A DNA stretch of 64,000 nt, taken from Toensbergia leucococca (lineage: Eukaryota). The position numbers and the translations under genes were made by a program. The stretch covers positions 1-64,000 of the forward strand of contig JALDZS010000123.1 in the NCBI GenBank assembly GCA_022813965.1. Reading direction: 5' to 3'. The notes beneath the pieces are model-generated. The model was not told the DNA's origin. It was given only the letters and a program-made list of their open reading frames with translations, and made no database searches. Positions within the stretch are counted from its first letter, which is position 1, and each line of letters begins with the position of its first letter. Of the stretch, positions 1 through 13,460 are shown one piece after another.

Positions 1-362
1 ACCAGCTACTAAACACGAGCCTACTACTACTTAGTTGCTTCTGCAATGTCACTGTCTTTAACATTGCTCCCTACAACAATCATTACCGCAATCCACCCTA
101 TTGCGCCATCACCCATAGAGCTCAGGAGGATGCACCACAATTCCTCCGCCACCGCCGACCTATTTCCTCTATTTCCTTAATTTCCCCCACGCCACTACCT
201 CTCCCCATACAATTCCTGCCTATCGGGCTCAACACATTGAATGCCTAATCCTACATCCTGTTTCCTCTACTCCTACCTCATACCCTCATTCCCTCATCTG
301 CCTGTACGCCATCTGCTTTGCAACCTTGATACGTCGTGGCCTTAGGAGCCGCTTGATCCGAG

Positions 363-2604
363 ATGATAGGTATTGCACTCCTTGAGCTTGTCTATATGCG
401 CAACAAGACTGACTGGTCTAATTAGACCACGTGCTTGGTCGGCCCTCGATAAAGTTCCGAAAGATTCAAGTATTTGCAGTTGTAGCCTTTTGGTGTCTGT
501 ACCTGTTTCGGTGAGCTTTCTGCCGCTCTTTTGTTCGAGAACCTTTGTACTGATGGCCACCAGAGCCCATGGCCATGGTCCTGTCATTATCCAAAGCATC
601 TCCAGACGCGTATCGAAACGCGTAACTGCATGGCAGACCGTCGTTATAACCATGCTCACACTATACATAGCACGCAACTTCTCAAAACTAGTCGGCTTGG
701 AAGCTCCTGAACCTCTTGCCAATCTATACAGCCGAGCCTACTTCCGAGCGACATGGGTGACTACCGCTCTAGACGCAGGCTTCTGGACGGCTATGAAAAT
801 ACGAAAGAAATGGTTGAGGGATCTGGCTTCGGCCGTTTTTAGCGTCTACTACTTGTTTGCTGCCGAACAGGCTGACGAGAAGGTTCGGAAGGTACAAGGA
901 GCAGTGACTGTCGATCATTTGAGGGTCTCGTGGAACAAAGCGACCACACCGTATCTTTGGGCCCTTTCAAGCCTAATGAGGCCCAAGCTAACTCGCTATC
1001 CACCACGTGCGATTCGTATTCCCAGGCCCTCGGAATCTTCTTACAAAGATTCTGTCAGCGCTTGGTTGTACTTTGATGGACCCTTGTCCGCGCTCACCAC
1101 ACACAATAAAGTCATCGTTGATATTCCTGGCGGGGGTTTTGTTGCAATGAGCCCGAGGGATCACGAGGACAAATTATTGGGATGGGCCGGGAGAACAGGC
1201 CTACCAATTTTGAGTCTTGATTACAAAAAGGCACCGGAGTATCCGTATCCTTATTCATTGAACGAATGCTACGACGTGTATCATACCCTTATTGCTTCTC
1301 GAGGAAGATGTGTCGGTTTCGCCGGAGATTCAATACCACAAATTATCCTCACAGGCGATAGCGCGGGTGGTAATCTCGCAACTTCCGTTGTCCTCATGAT
1401 ATTGCAATCCGCCCAAACCGCTGCACAGCGACGGAGGGGTCAAGAGACCTTACCAGCACCAGACGGTCTTGTCCTGATATATCCTGGCTTGGATATGAAC
1501 ATGACGAACTGGATGACAGATGAGCAAATGTCGTTGATTCAAGATCGTCGCATGCGGAAGACCAATAGCCCCATTCTGCGGAAGAAGAGCATGGACTACT
1601 ATAGATTGACACCTGAAACGCCACGTCCATCTGAAGACGAAGACGAGGGCCAACTCACCCTTCATTTGAGTCCCAAAGGTGCGAAACTTGTTCCACGTGG
1701 ATTTGGTTATGGGCCGCTTCATGAAGGGGCGGTCCCTGATGAGGAACTGCCGATATCTTCCGACCCTCCCACCCCAACGAGCGTAGCAGGACAGACAGCT
1801 AGCCTCGTATCTTCTAAACCAAAAACACAGAGAACCCGTCTAGCCATGTCCTCTATGATTTCCTACTTCAATGACCGTGTTCTTACCCCTGAAATGGAGC
1901 GCGCCATGATTATTCTGTACATAGGTCCACACAATCACCCAGACTTCAGCACCGACTACCTCCTTTCCCCTCTCCTAGCTCCCGAAGAACTTCTCGCCAA
2001 ATTCCCCAAAGTCTATTTCATGACGGGCGAACGGGATCCCCTAGTTGACGATACCGTCCTTTTTGCCGGGCGCCTCCGGCAAGCGAAACAAAATCTGTGG
2101 GTGCTAAGGAAAGAAATGGGCCTCCTACCAAGCCACGAACCCTTTGACGAAAAAGACCACGTCGAAGTCGTCCTCATCCCAGGCATCTCACACGGCTTCC
2201 TCCAAATGGTTGGTGTCTTCCCTGAAGCCTGGAAGTACATCTACCGCATTGCGCGCTGGTTCGAAGAAATCTTCGACGTCAATACAAACCAGTCGTCGCG
2301 CAGCAAGAGCGAAAGCGAAGACGCTCACCCTCAAAAGCGTCATCATCATCGGCACATGCAGACTACTGAGAGTTCGGGCGACGAGGATAGGCCGTTGGAG
2401 ATGAGTTCGTCGATTAAGGATAATGGGAGTGTTGCGGGGGGTAAAGGAGGAAGGGGTAGAGGGGGAGGGAAGAAAGGGGGATTGACGAGGGAGGAGAATC
2501 GGAGTTCGGTTAGTTTGGCTAGTGAGGATGATTTGTTGGGGAGGAGGATGAAGGGGTTGGCGGGTGGATTGATGGGGTTGGCGAATGGGACGAGGACGCC
2601 TTGA
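363..2604 (+). CDS. Hormone-sensitive-lipase-like alpha/beta hydrolase (3 exons: 363-369, 426-510, 564-2604)
   Basis: PGGGF oxyanion motif, GDSAG nucleophile elbow, DPL acid and HGF His. Splicing introns 370-425 and 511-563 gives N-terminus MIDHVLGRPSIKFRKIQVFAVVAFWCLYLFRAHGHGP. Confidence 0.9.
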
Positions 2605-2759
2605 GTGGCGGTGGTTGAGGTATGGGTAGGTGGGTTTGGGATAGATGGTGGGGTAGAGAGTTTGTTTAGATATCATAACTTGTCCTGGGTAGGGATCCAT
2701 GGCTTTTTTTTGATACATGTTTCTGAATGTTATACTGATGTGAACACATGTATCAATGT

Positions 2760-3960
2760 GATGAGAGAGCCTTTGTTTTAAGGTATTGTAAATTGTACAC
2801 ATCCCCCTTTTGCTACATCTACATCACACCCTCTCTACTGATCCTTAAGGTTTAGTGCCTAGTGCCTAGTCACAAAAAGTCACATGCAGAAACTCTTTCT
2901 CTTCATTTTTTAAAAACTTGCATTTCTTCTTTTTATATGATATGTTACAGTTATTGTTTAGAAGTATTGTGTTTAGAATTTTTTGTTTGTTTCTGTGAGA
3001 TTTTGTGTTAGGGGGGGTTTTTTTCTAAAGAGGTGGTTTGCTGTGATAGAGTATGAAAGATTTTAAGGAGATTCTGATTTTCAAGGGTATTTTGAGTGTT
3101 ACAGTCAGACCTAGAGTCTAGTCATAGAGATACTATTGAATAGAACACTAAAGATAAAGATTTAAAAGTACAGAAAAGAAAACACTGTATGAGTAGTTGA
3201 CAGAGTGTCACTGTGTAACAGCTGTGACATTTAACAAACTTTACATGTTAAACTTCTAAATTTTGTATTGACCTTTAGTAGTCTGTGTGTAAGCTGAAAA
3301 CACTAGAGCAGACTTGTGACATTTGAGAATATAAATAAATCAAATTAATTGCAGTGAGTGAAGAGTGAGATGTGAAGACTTTGTAATTTCTTTTTTTTTA
3401 TGTTGATGAGATGTGTGATTGTCAGCTTTTTTTTTTGATGTTGTTTGTTTGATTTTATTGTTCTTTCAAGTTAGGGAGATTGAGGGTCGTAGACTTGAGT
3501 TGAGGTTTTTGTGATTCTGACATTTTAGAGATGAGTGAGAGAGTGTTTTGTTAGATGTCATTTTGAAGTAATATAGCGCCCTTTAAAACTCAGGCTAGGA
3601 TGTGAGGTAGATTGTAGCGCTCAAAGAAAAGGAAGAGTGTTGAAGTAGTGATTTTGAATGATAATTGAGTTAAGAAGGGCTGAGTGTGTGAGGGATGTGT
3701 GACAGCTGTTATGCAAATCTGCCTTTTGAGAATTGAGTGTCATTTTTTTTTATTAAACTTACATATGTTTTTTTGCGTGATTGAGTAGATTGGTCAAAAT
3801 TAAGAATTTATGGGCAAGAATTATACAAAGTGAGCTTGAGGAAAAACAACAAATATCTGACTTTTGAGGGATTGAAGAAATGCTGTGGAAAATTCAATAC
3901 GCCGTCCCTCATGATTCCCACGCCGTCCTTCATGAATCTTTTTCAAAAAAAAAAGGAGAG
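2760..3960. other. AT-rich, CpG-depleted low-complexity intergenic tract
   Basis: Only a handful of CG dinucleotides in about 1 kb, abundant TG/CA, poly-T and poly-G runs, no credible ORF; lies between convergent genes. Confidence 0.6.
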
Positions 3961-4002
3961 GCAAGGCTGATGCTTCAGCTAGGGGGAAAGAGAAACACTT
4001 TG

Positions 4003-5815
4003 TCATTTCATAGGTAGCTTCTCTTTAATGCACGTCGCTATCGACTTCGCCATCTCCTGTATCATCATCTTATCTTGCCCATATTTTAGGGTGCGCAAGG
4101 TCGTGTTGTACCGGCTGCTTTGGGCTGAATTCAACAAACAAGGTTAGTTTTCATGAAAATTTCAATGTTTTGAGGGCCTTCTGTGCATTTTGGAAAGGTT
4201 CTCTTGGGAAGGGTGGGTGTGTCGGGCTGTCACCTTTTACTTCCATCTTATTCAGCGCGGCTTCAATCTGGGCGCGTTCCCAACCGCTTTCTGTGAAGAT
4301 GATTGCTATGTAGTCCATTCCCTTCACGAAAGGCATACCGTCGGGACCTGCGGCTTCATCGAACAAGTGTCGAGATTTGACCAGGTGGTACAACTCCGAA
4401 TGTCTGTCTTTCTTCTCCTTGTCACGACTCGTTTCCGCCCTCCATTTCCACTGGTCACAATCGCGGCAGTCTTCAAACGAAAGCCCCAGCCAGTCTTTAT
4501 ATTCTGTGGCCGTGTCAATCACGCTTTCCATGCGATATCTCAGCGCTGCAGCTAGGTTCTCAAGGTCGTAATCTTCGAGCTGCCGACCTTGTAGAAGGCG
4601 GTTGCAGCCACCATGCGTTCGGTGGTTCTTTGCCGCTTCATCGGGACCGGGGTTACTGTGCATATATTCCCACGCCAACCGCTTGAGTCGATGTTCAGCT
4701 TCAGGCCTTGCGAGGTTGGCAGTATCAGAGAATTTGATAAAATCGGACTGGTTGCTTCCCGTGGTATTCACTTTTTCAAGTCGTCTTAATGAATGCCATC
4801 TTTCTTCAAAGTAGGAAAGCGGAAATCCCATGCGAGTACGCCGTTCCTTTTCCCAAACATCATCTTTGGCTGAGAATGAGATTGAATTATCATTTCGCAT
4901 ATCCACCTCCTTGAGCAGTGTTTTGTGGATGATGTCTACCAGGGCGACATATTTTGGAGATTCTGCTATGGCCCCACTATGCAGTGTGTTGTGAACGTCT
5001 CCGAACGGATCTTCAAAATTCAAAGATTCCAGCTCCCCCTCCTCAGACTTACTTGAAATTTTGAGGTCTTGAAAGATCTCTTGCTTGATAAGATCATTAA
5101 CTACACTTTCTGCGTATCGCGAGCCACAGCAATGCTTTAGCGAGGCAGTCTCCTGACACAACTGTATTTGCTCCTTGTGATTCACCTCCTCCAAAGCCGT
5201 AGCATTTAGGTAGCTCGACTGGACCCATCCTCCACCATAACAAGATGTCGTTAATGTGGTTAAAGCTGGGCTGGGATGATGTTGAACAAGTGCTTCTCTG
5301 AACCTTGGCTTCGTCAATATGTGGCTAGACTGGAAACTCCCTTGGCCACCAATTGAAACGGAATTTTCTATCTTGATGCCATGACCGAAAATAAGTATTA
5401 GGGTTGTCCGATCTGTACCTTTGACTTGGTTGGATGCGTTGGCGACACATGTGAGGAATTCGTCCAACAGGTCATCCGGACAACAAACGTGCACATCCTG
5501 GACTTGATCTAGCATCCCATGATCAAGCACAACCCTTCTATCCCCCGATGCCGAATCCCCATGGGCGTACTCGCGGTACTTCTCAGCTAGCTCCTTCGGG
5601 TCCACGCACGTGAGCCAAAATTGATGGGCCGCCGTATCTCGGAAAAGATGATGAAACAGGTAGAAATCCGAAAAGAAGCATCCATCACGTTTAGGGTGGG
5701 CATTATCTTCAAAATCATTTGGCCCACAGACGGCAATGATGATTGTGTCAGAGGTGACGACAGGATGGCATCGCGAATTGTAAGAGATTCTCTTCGAAGG
5801 GGCTGTGTGGGTCAT
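4003..5815 (-). CDS. Hypothetical protein with caspase-hemoglobinase (clan CD)-like His/Cys dyad (2 exons; intron 4125-4233)
   Basis: 554-aa ORF with LILIFGHG (H145) and LTTSCYGGGW (C192). A GTGAC...CTAAC...CAG intron adds a terminal exon ending at TGA 4003-4005. Confidence 0.7.
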
Positions 5816-6045
5816 GATAGCTTGTTAAAAGTGGCAGAATTATGGGCGAATGATTGATACAAACGGGCGGCCGACAAGCATTCGATTTCGGGTCAAGATA
5901 TTGAAATGGAGTGAGTGAGGCTGAAAGGCAGAATTTGTGGATGAAATATGGCGAGAAAGAGGAGATTGTATCCTTATATATATACCCGTATGACTCTAAA
6001 AGACAATGTGAACAATACATGTATTGATCAATCTTCCTCCACATG

Positions 6046-6327
6046 CTACCGCCTAAGAAAGTCTTTGAGATAGAATTCGCAACAGGTACCTGTAAAATGG
6101 CTAGTTCCATATTGAGTTTTCATTGAAAGAATCCCGATTATGTCCCGGCATTGACTCATTTGTATTCCACAGACGGCAATGATGATTGTGTCAGAGGTGA
6201 CGACAGGTGGACATCGTGAGATGAATGAGAGCTTTTCTAAGCCACCAAAAGTCTTATCTTCTTGCTTCCCAAAGCCGCTGTAGAGCGCCGGCTGGACCAT
6301 GTGACCAGACGACGAAGCGTGAGCCAT
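6046..6327 (-). pseudogene. Truncated duplicate of the 5' end of the clan CD-like gene
   Basis: 6167-6207 is identical over 41 bp to 5724-5764 (PVVTSDTIIIAVCG); similarity stops after VCG. Confidence 0.6.
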
Positions 6328-6437
6328 GAAAACTTAGACGATGTTGTCGGCGTAGCAAGTATGTAGCAATGGCAGTCTGTATGGTCTAGACGCAGCGAGA
6401 TGCAGAGCTGAAGGTAGGCCCAGTGACACCAAGTGAG

Positions 6438-6948
6438 CTGATACGACCAGCTTTAGGCTACGCGATGTCGAGAAGAACAAGGTAAGGTGGCAGAGTAGGC
6501 CGACACAACGAGATATTTGCTTTCAAGAAGGAGACGTAGCGAGGTGCAGAGCCGTAGGTAGGTCAAGTGACACCAAGTGTTGATGTTATCGAGTAATCGC
6601 GAATAGCATATGAAATTTGACAAGGGGAAGATCATGTGATTCCATATGCCCTGACTGAAAACCTCAAAAATGATTCCCTCATATGTTTTCATTTGGCCTG
6701 TGTTTTCATTGAGAGTTAGGTATAAGAATGGGGTAGGACCCCATCAAAAGGAATTATTGAATAGAGAGTCTTTTGACCTATCAGTTATCTAGAATATCAA
6801 TCTGTTCAAATGATCAAATATTCCTCATATATATATTGATCCTAAACCTGAAAATCAAGTAAGCTGATAGCCTGATATGACGAGCTTTAGGCTACGTGAT
6901 GTTGAGAAGAACAAGGCAAAGTGGCAGAGTAGGCTGACACAACGAGAT
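6438..6948 (+). repeat. 77-bp direct repeat pair (6438-6514 and 6872-6948)
   Basis: Manual alignment: 70/77 identical; 4 of 7 differences are CpG vs TpG. Confidence 0.9.
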
Positions 6949-7598
6949 TCAAGATATGTATAGAAATTAGGTGATGTTCACAGCTGTGGCAATCTGATCT
7001 GTGTGAGAAATGAGAATTTAATATTTGCGGTAGCTTAGATTTGAGAAAAGGAAATTCGAGTTGCTTGGTGATTGTGGGAAAGGCATGTCTTAAGACTTTT
7101 ATAGAATAGCCCCTCGACACGGTGACTCGTAATTTATTCAATGTATGTCTTTGAGTTCGTCGATGCTTCGCTGTCCGTCGGAAGTGAAAGTTTGCTGAAA
7201 ATGGGGAAATGGGGAGATAGAAATGTAGAAATGAGGGAATGGTCGCTGGATTGGCTATAAAGAAAGGTGTCACCATTCATTGATACTTCAATCTCGACGT
7301 TATGAACCGCCCCATGACCCACCTTAGACAAACTCAATAAGACCCAATGACAATTGTCTTTTCTCTTTTCGTTGCCTTCGTCTTCATTTGGATTGGTGCA
7401 TCACCCAAACCGATATCACAGACACCTGCACCTCTTGCCTGCATTTACTCTTTACGCTTTACACACCTCATCGAGCCATCCTAGCTAAGGTCGCTACTTT
7501 CATCAGACCTTGTCAAGTCCATCTTTACGTTCACAAACAGGGCCCCAGGCTAACTGACCTATCCCTTAAATGCACAGGCTTGAAGAAACGCCTCAACG

Positions 7599-10136
7599 TT
7601 AAATAGATTCGTCGCACGTCAGTCCTCCGGCTATCTGCTCATCCGAATTCCACATGTCCAAAGGTTCGGGAAAGCTGGACATGTCGTCGAACAGGGAAAA
7701 CAGATTGCCGTCAAGATCCATTGGGAAGGAATTAATGTCCTCGAATATTGGGGGCATTGTAGCCTGTTGATTATAGGGTGTAGTCATTGCAACGCCACGA
7801 GCTTCATCGGCCTTGCTACCATCGTATGCGTCAGGCATCATATCTGGTCTTGGAGCATCGTATCCACGAATGTCCAGCTGAGCCGCCAGTGGGAAGCTGT
7901 CAATCTTCTTGTTGTAAAGCGGATCAATGGCTTCGGAAAAGCTTCGCGCCATGGCCTTCAAATCAAATCGGCATATTGATGAGTCGCTCGGGATAATACA
8001 CTGACTGTCCTCTGGTAAAAGTGTCCCTACGAAATCTTTGCTGCCATCCCTTACTTGCCATGTCTCCATCCTCTGAGCATACCATGCCTTGAATCTACCG
8101 AGTATCACTAAGAACTTGCTAGCTGCTCTGCATATCCCTGGTCCTACTGCCGCCGTGAGATGTTTGACTAGTTGATCCAGGTACACTTCGACTTTCAAAC
8201 TGTCACGATCCAGGATTTTGCCAAGTTCGCTCAAAGGGGGAGTCGCCGACATGAAGAGTTTAGTAAGAACCACGATGCAATATGACATACGTACGTAAAT
8301 GACAATTGGGATAGCTCGGAGTGTCTCTACGCTCATTCCGAGGATGGTGTTGAGAACAGAGTGTGCAGAGTCAATACACACCATTATGGCGTCAATATAG
8401 GCTGGTGACAGTGAAGGAGGTATTACCGCCTTATTCTGCGAGAATTTGGCATTACGGAATGGGCTGGCATCCTCTGTAGTGTCGTCATTCTGTTATTAGT
8501 CCTTGAGTTAGCTATATAATCTGTGAACTGTGCGAGATGACACATACTATTGCGATTTCATGCAGATAGATTAAACACTGATAGTAGTTGACAGCCAGCG
8601 TTTCTATATGTTCTTAGCCTGTTCAATAGATTGGTAATCAGGAAGTTCGCGTTACCATGCATAACACTCGGAGAAATATTGTTTTTCCACTCTTCTAGCT
8701 TCCTCCTAAAGGCTTTGAGTGATAGCTGCGCCTTAGTTTCCGCCAAATTAACTCTAGCGCTGGGTTCGTCCATACGAAAAGAGAGAGCCAACTCTTCAGA
8801 AAGCTGTTGAAGTTGGACCCAAGCAACGAGAGCCTTATCTGTCGGACCAGCATCGGGACACGTTTCTAGAAATCCAACGCATTCGGTCATCCAGCTTGAA
8901 TAACGTAGCATGTTGGGACGATGCAAGCTGACTGAAACACTTTGAGCTGTCAGTAATTGGAGGCGAGGGTGTGATTTATGTGACTGACCCGGCACAAAGC
9001 ACATAACAAGATAGCAACGTCCTCCGGCTCTCAAGAGTCTCGCTATCAACCATGTATGAAATTGGCGGAGCTGGATTCCGTACTGGACAGCCTTCGCCCG
9101 AAATTGGAGGAGAGGAAGGGGTCATTGGTTGAAAGTAAGCTTTCGGGGGCCCTCTCTTTCTATCAATGCCTAGATCCAAAGCCATGGTAGTAGCCATGTG
9201 TATATACTGATAAAACTTCAAGTCGGCAAAATCATCAGGTGGGTAAAACCATATGGCGGTCAGAAGAATTGCCTGAACCAACTCAAGCGACTTCCGGCCA
9301 TCGATAACAACCTGGTCAGCGATAGTCTGCATGATCTGTTTGTTCAGGCTGCGGTACAATGCCTGATCGGCTGTTCCAGCAGCAGCGTTCATAACTGCCA
9401 AGAATAGTACAGGCTTTGTCCTTCGTATATAGCTGGCCGTGGTACCTGGGGGAAAGGCTATAATGGGGATATGGTAGCCCACGTCATTGACAAATCTATT
9501 AAACAAGCGTGTTGCCTCACGCATAGAGAGGAGATTTCTGTCTATGGCATCACAAGTTGACGTCGGCTGTGACAAGCAGGAGTACTTGTCGCTATCATTA
9601 TAATCAGGAGTAGAGGGCCAAGTTATACCAGTGGGGCAGTTGATGGATGTTTGTTTGTTCGTGCTTCCTCGCGAATTGAATCTATGGTCTATAAAGCGGC
9701 TTGTAGGACCATGCTGCGGTGGCATAGAGAGGTCTTTACTCGACCATGGATCGATTTCGATGGCCACTTCAGCATGACTGATGGAAGGTGATTTGCTCTC
9801 AAGCTCATCGAGCTCTTCTTCGTGGCCATCTTCCTCAATGTCCAACGATTGGGGGCCTCGGTTCTTTAATAAGCCGCGCATGAATTTGACTTCCCTTTCA
9901 AGCTCAGCTACGCGAGTGTCGGTCCTTTTTCGTGGACGCCTCCTTCTTGGAGCATTGAAGACGCACTGCTTGTTTGTGCGAAGACATCTCTGGCAATCTG
10001 CAGTTGTGGATGTTGAAGGATCTGGCGGAAGGCATCGTACCTTGAGGAGACGGCATGCCTCACAAGCCCGGTTCGAGGAGAGAGATGGGCGTTGGACATT
10101 ATCGACTGGAGCAGTCTGAACGCTCTTGGAGGACAT
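7599..10136 (-). CDS. Zn(II)2Cys6 fungal transcription factor, multi-exon
   Basis: RACEACRLLKVRC-x13-CQRC-x6-C binuclear cluster, then coiled coil and a middle-homology-like region across ORFs 8976-10136, 8558-9049 and 7599-8384. Confidence 0.9.
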
Positions 10137-11443
10137 TTTGGGGCTGAGAAAGGTGGAACCGTAAAAAGTGGAAGACGTCGTTGTTGCTGGACTCTGATGT
10201 CACTTGACATTGCGGCATGTGGCGGCACTCGCGAGCATTCTATTACTCGTATTTTTGAATATTTAACAAAACTTTACACCGAATTGAGGCTGAGATAAGT
10301 TGCTGCCTGTTCAGAGATTTATATGAAAATACCTTAAGCATAAGTCTTTCTTCTATCTGATGAACATCAGTCATCAATTTTATGTGCATACTCGAATTGC
10401 CTATCTGACTTAAATTGCCTATCCTCTACTACACGTTTTAAATCCATAAAACATACAATGCATAGGTATTCTTGAGATTACAGGACATGAATTACACCAT
10501 GAAGACCTCCCTCTGCATTACCCTTGCAGGAACATTGCTTGCGTGAAGAAGCCGAGCTTCAACTCAGTACGTGTCCTGAAGGATGCTTCTCAAAATGTGT
10601 CTCAAAGCAGTAGCCCAAAAGCAGAGTAATCTTATCAAAGGAGAAGAGAGGCAAAGAGTAGATGGGTTCGTGAAGATAGACTTGCTGAATTTGGAGGGTT
10701 TGGACAACGTGCTTGGTTCATTGTTAAGAGGGGGCGATTTGGACGCAAGTCTTTATACCGAGATGGACCAACTTTGGTGGCTGACTGGCTGGACTGGATA
10801 GTTTTGAGGCCAGGAGACAGAAAATGACAGGAATCGAGGCAAAAGGAACGCTGATTTGGCAGTGTCAGCTTGAATCAAAATCAAGGTGTTCAAGTAAGCT
10901 ATTTGAATTTTCTCAATTTTCAAAGCTGCGCCGAGGATGTAAATTTTAGTCGCCACTGCTGATACTGTGAGCTGTCTATATTCATCGAGACTTATTGTTT
11001 CGATGGATATGAACGAATCATGTGGTTCGCAGTGGGATATGTAAGCTGTGCATAATGTGGTATCTTGATATCGATGAGTCCCAGTCCAAAACTTGACTAG
11101 ATCCGTAGATTCCATACCGTCGCCAGTGTGCGGGCTTAGATGTCAGTCAGAGTACCTAAGCGCCTTTGCTCGTGCTTTTACGTCTCTGCATATTTTGAAA
11201 GCAGTCCGTTACCATCTCCGAGATGCTCCCTAATGGCTAAGGTCCGGTGCTTCTCTTATGCTCTTACCCATCTCCTCAGCACTGCTTACATGAATATCTT
11301 CTTCTTCTGACTCAACCAAAGCTATCATTCGGAATCCTAATTATATAGCACTAGAATTCGAGAAGAAGAGAGCTTGATCTGCATGGTGAGCTTTCTGTGA
11401 TTGCTCGACTAGAAGTCGCTACAGCCTCGAATGTCTTATTGTA

Positions 11444-12899
11444 TTAGCGAGGAGGAGTCAAGGCAAGCTTAGGTAGAGTGATCAGCTGCGGCGTGAGACT
11501 CTCCTCTCTTGGCGACAGAGCGCGCCGTGGCTCTATCATTTGGTCCACACCCAGTCTCGCTTCGAGATCATGCAATTGCACACCTCGCTCAATGAGATTT
11601 GCATCCCTTGACAATAATGGGTTTCTTGACTGATTGCTTGAAGGAATTCTTGAGCGGTTCCTTGATGGGGTCCTTGAACTACGAAAGTCACACCACTCGC
11701 GGGGCTTCCTTTTGTCGAACCACTCGGCATCCCGGGGTTCGTAAACCAGATGACTGCCTGATGAATGTGATGATGATTTTACTCTACCATAGAGTTTACC
11801 GAAAACGGGTCTCATCAATGGGAGGCAACCGGTAACGATGCCAGTCCCTAATTCGATGTATGTCCATAACCCTGGCAAGTACGTGGTGTCTGTTATCACA
11901 TGTTAGACCTAGAAACGAATTTGAAAATTGAACATATCTCACAGGTGACGTCATTATTATGAGCTGCTGGCAAAGTTGTAAGACGTAAAACGCCTGTGAC
12001 ACAAACACTGGGTAAAATGGTTAAATCAAATTAACAGAGAGGAATAAAAGATTAGAAATTGCCAGTGACCTACAAGCTGCCAAGGGAGAATAAAAGCATT
12101 ACTGCAATTTTCCGTCGTATGTCAGTCTGTAGACTCCAAATCATTGGCATGGGCATGAAAAGTATGAACCCATCTTCAGCAACGCTTAACGACCCAATGA
12201 TTTCGCTGAACGGATCCAAGGGCCGGCAATGGCCAGCGACAGCTTGATTGTAGAAGTATTTAATCGGCCAACATTGAAAAAGGCCACCGAGGAAGGCTGT
12301 CAGGGTCCAACAAATGGTGAAAGCAATGACAAAATATACTACCAGATGAAATCGTCGGTCCTGAAATAATCGTCTATAAAACAACACGATGGATGTTTTG
12401 ATAAAGAGCGAGGTAAAGGCATAGGACTTGTCATTGATGAACACGGCCTAGCAAAGAGGATCAATTGAATGCTGGAGTTTAACAGGTAGTACTTGAGAAC
12501 GTACAATGAGAAATCTCCTCGTCTGGTGAGGTGGTACATGAATTTGATGTTCTCCGAGACCATTTAGAGCTTCTGGTCGTGTCGCACCAAGTTATTAAAT
12601 ATTCAGGCTAGCGGGCTTGGAATAATGAACAAACCATAAAAATTACAGATAGCGGGTATGTAGCTGAAAATCTTAAGTCTCTATCAGCAAAGAGAACTTG
12701 CAAACATAATATAAGATAGAGTCAAAGGAAGCCTCCTCACCAAAGCTATTCCCATAACCCAGTCCTCGGCTCCAAAGGATGCTCTGCTTATGCGACGAGA
12801 GTACAAACGAAGGGCATAAGCAATAGAAGAAAAGAACAAAACAACACTTGTGATGATGATGGTGATGTTCTGACGGTACTCTGCGTCGTTGTTCCGCAT
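11444..12899 (-). CDS. PTH11-like / fungal rhodopsin-domain integral membrane protein, multi-exon
   Basis: Motifs LRLYSR..EDW, KTSIVLFYRRLF, QCWPI..HC, PMPMIWSLQ..RKIAV and WTYIELGTGIVTGCLPLMRP spread over several exons. Confidence 0.85.
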
Positions 12900-13428
12900 A
12901 GCGTTGATACAAAGTTAGATGCCTAACAACGGCCTGCCCTCAAACCAAAGAGACAAAAGATCAAAAGAAGGAGAATTAAGAGAAACAATCAGAGCTAAGA
13001 TCAAAGGATCAGACGTACTCCCTCAGTTCAATTGTTAATCAAGATTCCCAAAGATGTTCAAGACAGCAGCGACGACGCTTCATAATACGACATTATTGGC
13101 TACATGGCAGGGAAGGGCGGTGCAACTAATAGTGAGCTCAGGTTGTACTATTTTGGATCCGACCTAAGCATACGACTGCACGTTGACCTCAGCCTATGAA
13201 GCGGCGACTTGGCGGGTGTGGATGGGTAAGCAGTAAGCAGCTGAGCATGTCAACCACAGCACCAGCATCCCATGAAGCAGTATCTGGGGGGTCAAAATGG
13301 GCCATCAAGCGATCACATGCGGGGTTGCAATAAGGAAGAGGTGGATAGAACAAAGGCTGTTTTCTTCTTGACACTGTATTTAAGACATTCACCGATCATG
13401 ATGGTTATTGAGAGTATCATGAGAGAGG

Positions 13429-13460
13429 GTGAGACGGTGAGACAGTGAGACTGTGAGACT
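13429..13460 (+). repeat. Short tandem repeat (GTGAGACN)x4
   Basis: gtgagacg gtgagaca gtgagact gtgagact. Confidence 0.7.

Noticed and set aside
2760..3960. Possible RIP-degraded transposon
   Set aside because: No TIR, LTR, target-site duplication or transposase/RT remnant visible; kept only as a compositional feature.
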